NCBI GenBank assembly: GCA_012026655.1
Contig: JAAILG010000010.1
Coordinates: 1 to 64,000 of the forward strand
DNA from: Hydrolagus affinis
Taxonomy: Eukaryota
DNA length: 64,000 nucleotides
Direction: 5' to 3'
The notes beneath the pieces are model-generated. The model was not told where the DNA came from. It made no database searches and was given only the letters and a program-made list of their open reading frames with translations. The position numbers and the translations under genes are program-made. Positions 60,021 to 64,000 of this stretch are shown one piece after another (position 1 is the stretch's first letter; each line of letters begins with the position of its first letter).

Positions 60021-60886
60021 AGGAATTATTTCTTACTCCTGAAAAGTGATCTGCCAATCAACGAGCAACTGGCCTCCTAATTACTGCTGGACAAACAGAT
60101 TAGTATTCTCACCAATTTTGGCACATCTGCCCAACCAATCTGAGGTTTACCAACTTGGGCAAAGATGAAGCGGTCAATGCAGAGTTATGACCAAGGCATG
60201 CTGCCTTTATGTGAAGCTTCTGGCAATGAACTCATCAGCAAGAATTATTTGGACTGATCAGTGGAGACTCAGGACAGAGTAGTGATTGAATCCTTGATCT
60301 TCCAGAATAGTGTGGCTTTGTGCCACACTGTGATGCCTTTGCCCACTGAGCCTTTGGGAAAAGCTCTCATGACATAAGGTGCAACCGTAATGCAATTTAT
60401 TTGCTGTAAAAGGGGTCAGTGGGTAAATGCAATGCATGGTTTGATGATGAACTATGAAAACATTGAAGTCCCAGGTTCAATCTTCTGGGCAACAGAAGGA
60501 ATATAATTCACCTCAGTGAGCCTCGGTGATGAGGATGGGAAATTTGAAACAAAGCAGGGGAAATAAAGTGAACCTCCAAACAGATCAATATCCGTTGTTG
60601 CAACATTCATTAAAATCTGGATCAAGCAACACTGCATTTCCTGCTAATCCTAAAGCTACCTATTCTAAGCACCTATAGCATTAGTAGAATCTAAAATCCC
60701 AAACAAACAAAAGGTGAAGTATGAAATCACACCATCACAATTATACTGAATCAAATGACAACAATATCTGACAAGCTATATTGTGATTTATATATCAAAG
60801 TATTGTTTGTTTTTTAAAATCAAAAAGCTTCTCCCTAAAGGAAAAACGATAGATGTTTTCGATATGGACAAGCTAAGTGAAAGGCA

Positions 60887-60947
60887 AGGACAAGCTTATT
60901 AAGAGTGCAGTGTGCAATACAGGACAAGCTTATTAGAGTGCAGTGTG
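60887..60947 (+). repeat. Local tandem duplication of about 28-34 bp
   Basis: aggacaagcttatta(a)gagtgcagtgtg occurs twice back to back. Confidence 0.75.
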
Positions 60948-61493
60948 TCAGCAATTCATACTAGATTCAGAATAAGTTTACTTATACTGAACAACAAAGG
61001 TAATATCAAGCTGAAGGTACAAGGCATTCTTCTCAACTTATGGTAAACAAAAATCACTTGACATAAAAAGGGTGGAATGATTTTTTTTAAAGCAATGATT
61101 GCTTAATGATTTCCTCCAGTAAAATAATAATCATTGGTCTTGATATAGCATCTTTCATGTTGGGTAAATATCTCAAAGCGGTTCAAAGGATTTATTGTAA
61201 AATGCAGTGACTATTCACTGGCTCCCTACCTTCCCCCAACCCTCCTGCCATCATGCTCTGCCGATGTCAAGCACTCTGGGATGCTACCCTGGTTAGATCT
61301 GCCCATTTCTGCACAACCATCTAGTGCTACTGATAGTACGAGAACATAAAGTTTTCTTCTATTTATCTCTATTTTTCCAGTATAAATCACAATATGTGTC
61401 CCGGTTACAGCCTACAACCGGGACATATCAGGCAAGTGCCCTGCTTCTAGATCTCTGCAAATGCTCTTTCGCAACTAGCCATTAATATTAATT

Positions 61494-61620
61494 TGAGTTC
61501 TGACAATGGGTTGTGGACCCGAAACGTTGACTCACTTTTCCTTTCTCCATAGATGCTGCCTGACCTGCTGAGTGTTCCCAGTGATTTCTGTTTTTGTTTC
61601 CGGCATCTGCAGTATTTTGC
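61494..61620 (+). mobile_element. Penelope-like retroelement terminal fragment with minimal hammerhead-type motif
   Basis: ctgacaatgggttgtggacccgaaacgttgac...ttctccatagatgctgcctgacctgctgagtgttcccag resembles Penelope-derived repeats of sharks as I recall them. Confidence 0.55.
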
Positions 61621-64000
61621 GGGGTTTTTTAAGCCATTAATGTAGTCGCCTACTTACAAGGACATATGCTTATATGGCTAAAACAGGCTCTAAATGTTGC
61701 CTTCTGTCAGTCTACAAAATAGAAAGAAAAAACAGCTATGTATGCAATACAATTTCCCAGCTGGTAAAATTGCTTTTGCACTGTGTAGAATTACCATTGA
61801 TCTCTTTTGTCCACTATACAAAATGGTTATTTAGGCTGCTATTTGAAAGCAGTTGGCTGCCAGGAGAAATTTGCTCAATACAAACACCCTGTAGATTAAA
61901 AATCGCTCAGATACAAACCAAAACAAAGTGAAGGAGGCTCCTTATTCAAATGTATTATTTTTAAGGCTCTGATTGATAAGAACAATGTCTCTCCAGAAGT
62001 TGAATTTGAAAATAAAAGAGGTGCTGTTTCTTCTAGTGGGTTTCTTTCCAGGGTGTTAGTTAGTATGGATCACAGGACTGAGGTTCAAAAAAATACCTAA
62101 TGCTCCACAAAATAAGTTTGTCAGTATTGTAAATGAGTGGTATATGAGCTCAATTTATAGTGCCCATATATCACCAGTTTCTGTGAGTACTTATGAGTAT
62201 CTAATGTAAATATGAAGTCTATTTAAGGCACAAATCACATAGACTGCTTTGATAGATCTAAAACCGCTATGAGTAGTAATATATCCTAAAGAGTTATACC
62301 AGTGGTTATTATATATAGTGTCTATTAAAATTTCACAGAATGCAACTTCAGCTGAAGGTTTGCTCTTCTGTGCAATTTTTATTCAACATGTCTAATTTCC
62401 GACTATAAATCATCTTCAATTCAAAATCGTCATTTCACTGGGAGTTGCTTTTTAAAAAATTACAAGTCAACTGCTGGACTCTGAATAGAATTATTATGCA
62501 TGTGTAAATACTGTACTCTGTCCACAAGATTGAAAACTGCGCTCTGAACTGAAAGCTATTTTGGCCTATTCCTAAAACACTATTGCTGGAGTGACTGGAT
62601 ATTGATTCCAGTAAGACTGTGATTTGCAACAGGGAACCCCAATTTGCATTTACCCGGAGGGGTGGACTGTAACTAGGAGCCTGTATTTGCAAAGCTCTCC
62701 TTACTTGTGTATAAGGTTGTATTATAATCATATTTTCAGGAATGTAACCAGCTCTATAATAACGTTGAAAAGCACCATGCACAAAATTTTTAACTTATTC
62801 TTTCAAGTTTTTTATTAACAATTGGATTAAGTAACATCCAAATTATATTGCATTCAGTAGGCATCAGTTGACGGTACCAATTCCAATCAGGAGGGGTGCC
62901 TTCGAATCAAACTGATGCATGTTAGCACTGATTTGATTGAAAATCCGAGGTAAAATAGAGCTAAATGTGGATATAAATAGAGAATTAAATACCTCTAACA
63001 GTATGAACTGGTACATATCTATACATCTATGCACACAAACATTTGTAGTAAAGTATAAAATATGATTATAGAGTAACACACAAGACAACAACATGAATTT
63101 ATATAGTGCTGTTTGCATGGGGTAGCGTCTCGGAACGCTTGACACACTGTCAAAGGTGGTAATTTTATTGACCAGCAGAAATGTGTCCCTCCCATGCCTG
63201 TCTTTTGGATTATAATCAAATTAAATATACATACCACATAGCTCACATCAATAATTATTTTTAAATGATAATGTACAAAATTCAATAATAGAGTTATCTT
63301 GGTTTCATGAACCAGCTCTTAAAAACCTTTCTAGCATTTCACAATCAAATAATGATCCATTAGCTGCCTCTCTGCATATCTAGATATTTTTATTTTTGTA
63401 ACTTGCTCCTAATGTCTTGGTTTTCTGATTTCCTAATACCCTGCTCTTTCCGATAAGCTTCTCCAGCCCAACTGTTCCTGTTCTGATAAAGGATTAACCA
63501 CAAAGCATTAAGCAACATTTATAGCATTTTCCTTTTTTTGTTTCTTTGGTTAATTAATGTCAAATGATATTTATTTCTACCCATTTGTTGTTTTTTTCTC
63601 CTCCACCAATCTGTCTTTTCACTACCCCCCGCCCCCCACCCCACCATCCCCCTTCTCTCCTGAAGGTGCTTACTCTCTGTTGCAGAACTATTGCGTTGGT
63701 GGGAAGCGCTATCTACCATTGACCCAAGTCGTCCCACGTGTGAGCCTTGACAATGAATCTCAATAGATTCTTCAACTGTGGCAGGGGTCATCACAGTTGA
63801 CCCTCATCCTGACCTCAGCAGACTTCCACACTTGCTTACTGCCTACATAGTCAATGGATGAGAGCTCAGAAGCAGGAAAGTTGGATGATTTCCTCTTCTG
63901 CAACCCAGCAGTGCTGAGGGCAAATGAGTACCACAACCAAATGTAGTGCCTTGGCTAAGATCAGCTAAGTTCAGGATTCAAACCTGCAACGTTTGCTCTA

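Noticed and set aside
58000-64000. Further upstream RPGRIP1L exons
   Set aside because: No segment translated to recognisable RPGRIP1L sequence with splice sites; a short divergent exon could have been missed
1-64000. CRISPR arrays, rRNA, prokaryotic operons or intact transposase/RT genes
   Set aside because: Sequence is intron-rich vertebrate DNA with no regularly spaced repeat-spacer array or long ORF

Overview
AT-rich vertebrate genomic DNA, most likely from a cartilaginous fish (inferred from DeuSINE-type tRNA-derived SINEs, L2/CR1 LINE ends and a Penelope-type repeat). It carries the conserved RBL2-AKTIP-RPGRIP1L block. The last 11 coding exons of RBL2/p130 lie on + (674-10035). The complete 9-coding-exon AKTIP lies on - (13798-20061, 294 aa, CpG-island promoter at ~24.8-25.55 kb). 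The last 4 coding exons of RPGRIP1L lie on - (49494-57985). Exons were placed by hand from translation and splice signals. The most unusual signal is a chain of about 9 exon-like segments on - between RPGRIP1L and AKTIP (~29.8-44.85 kb). They are mostly joined in phase 1, retain splice sites, carry scattered stops/frameshifts and share a recurring W-containing motif, suggesting a decayed unidentified gene or a derived spliced lncRNA. Also noted: a GC-AG intron in RBL2, a possible alternative AKTIP last exon abutting the RBL2 poly(A) site, interleaved inverted repeats, a degenerate hammerhead ribozyme, and MITE/hAT elements. Family names come from recall, not database searches.
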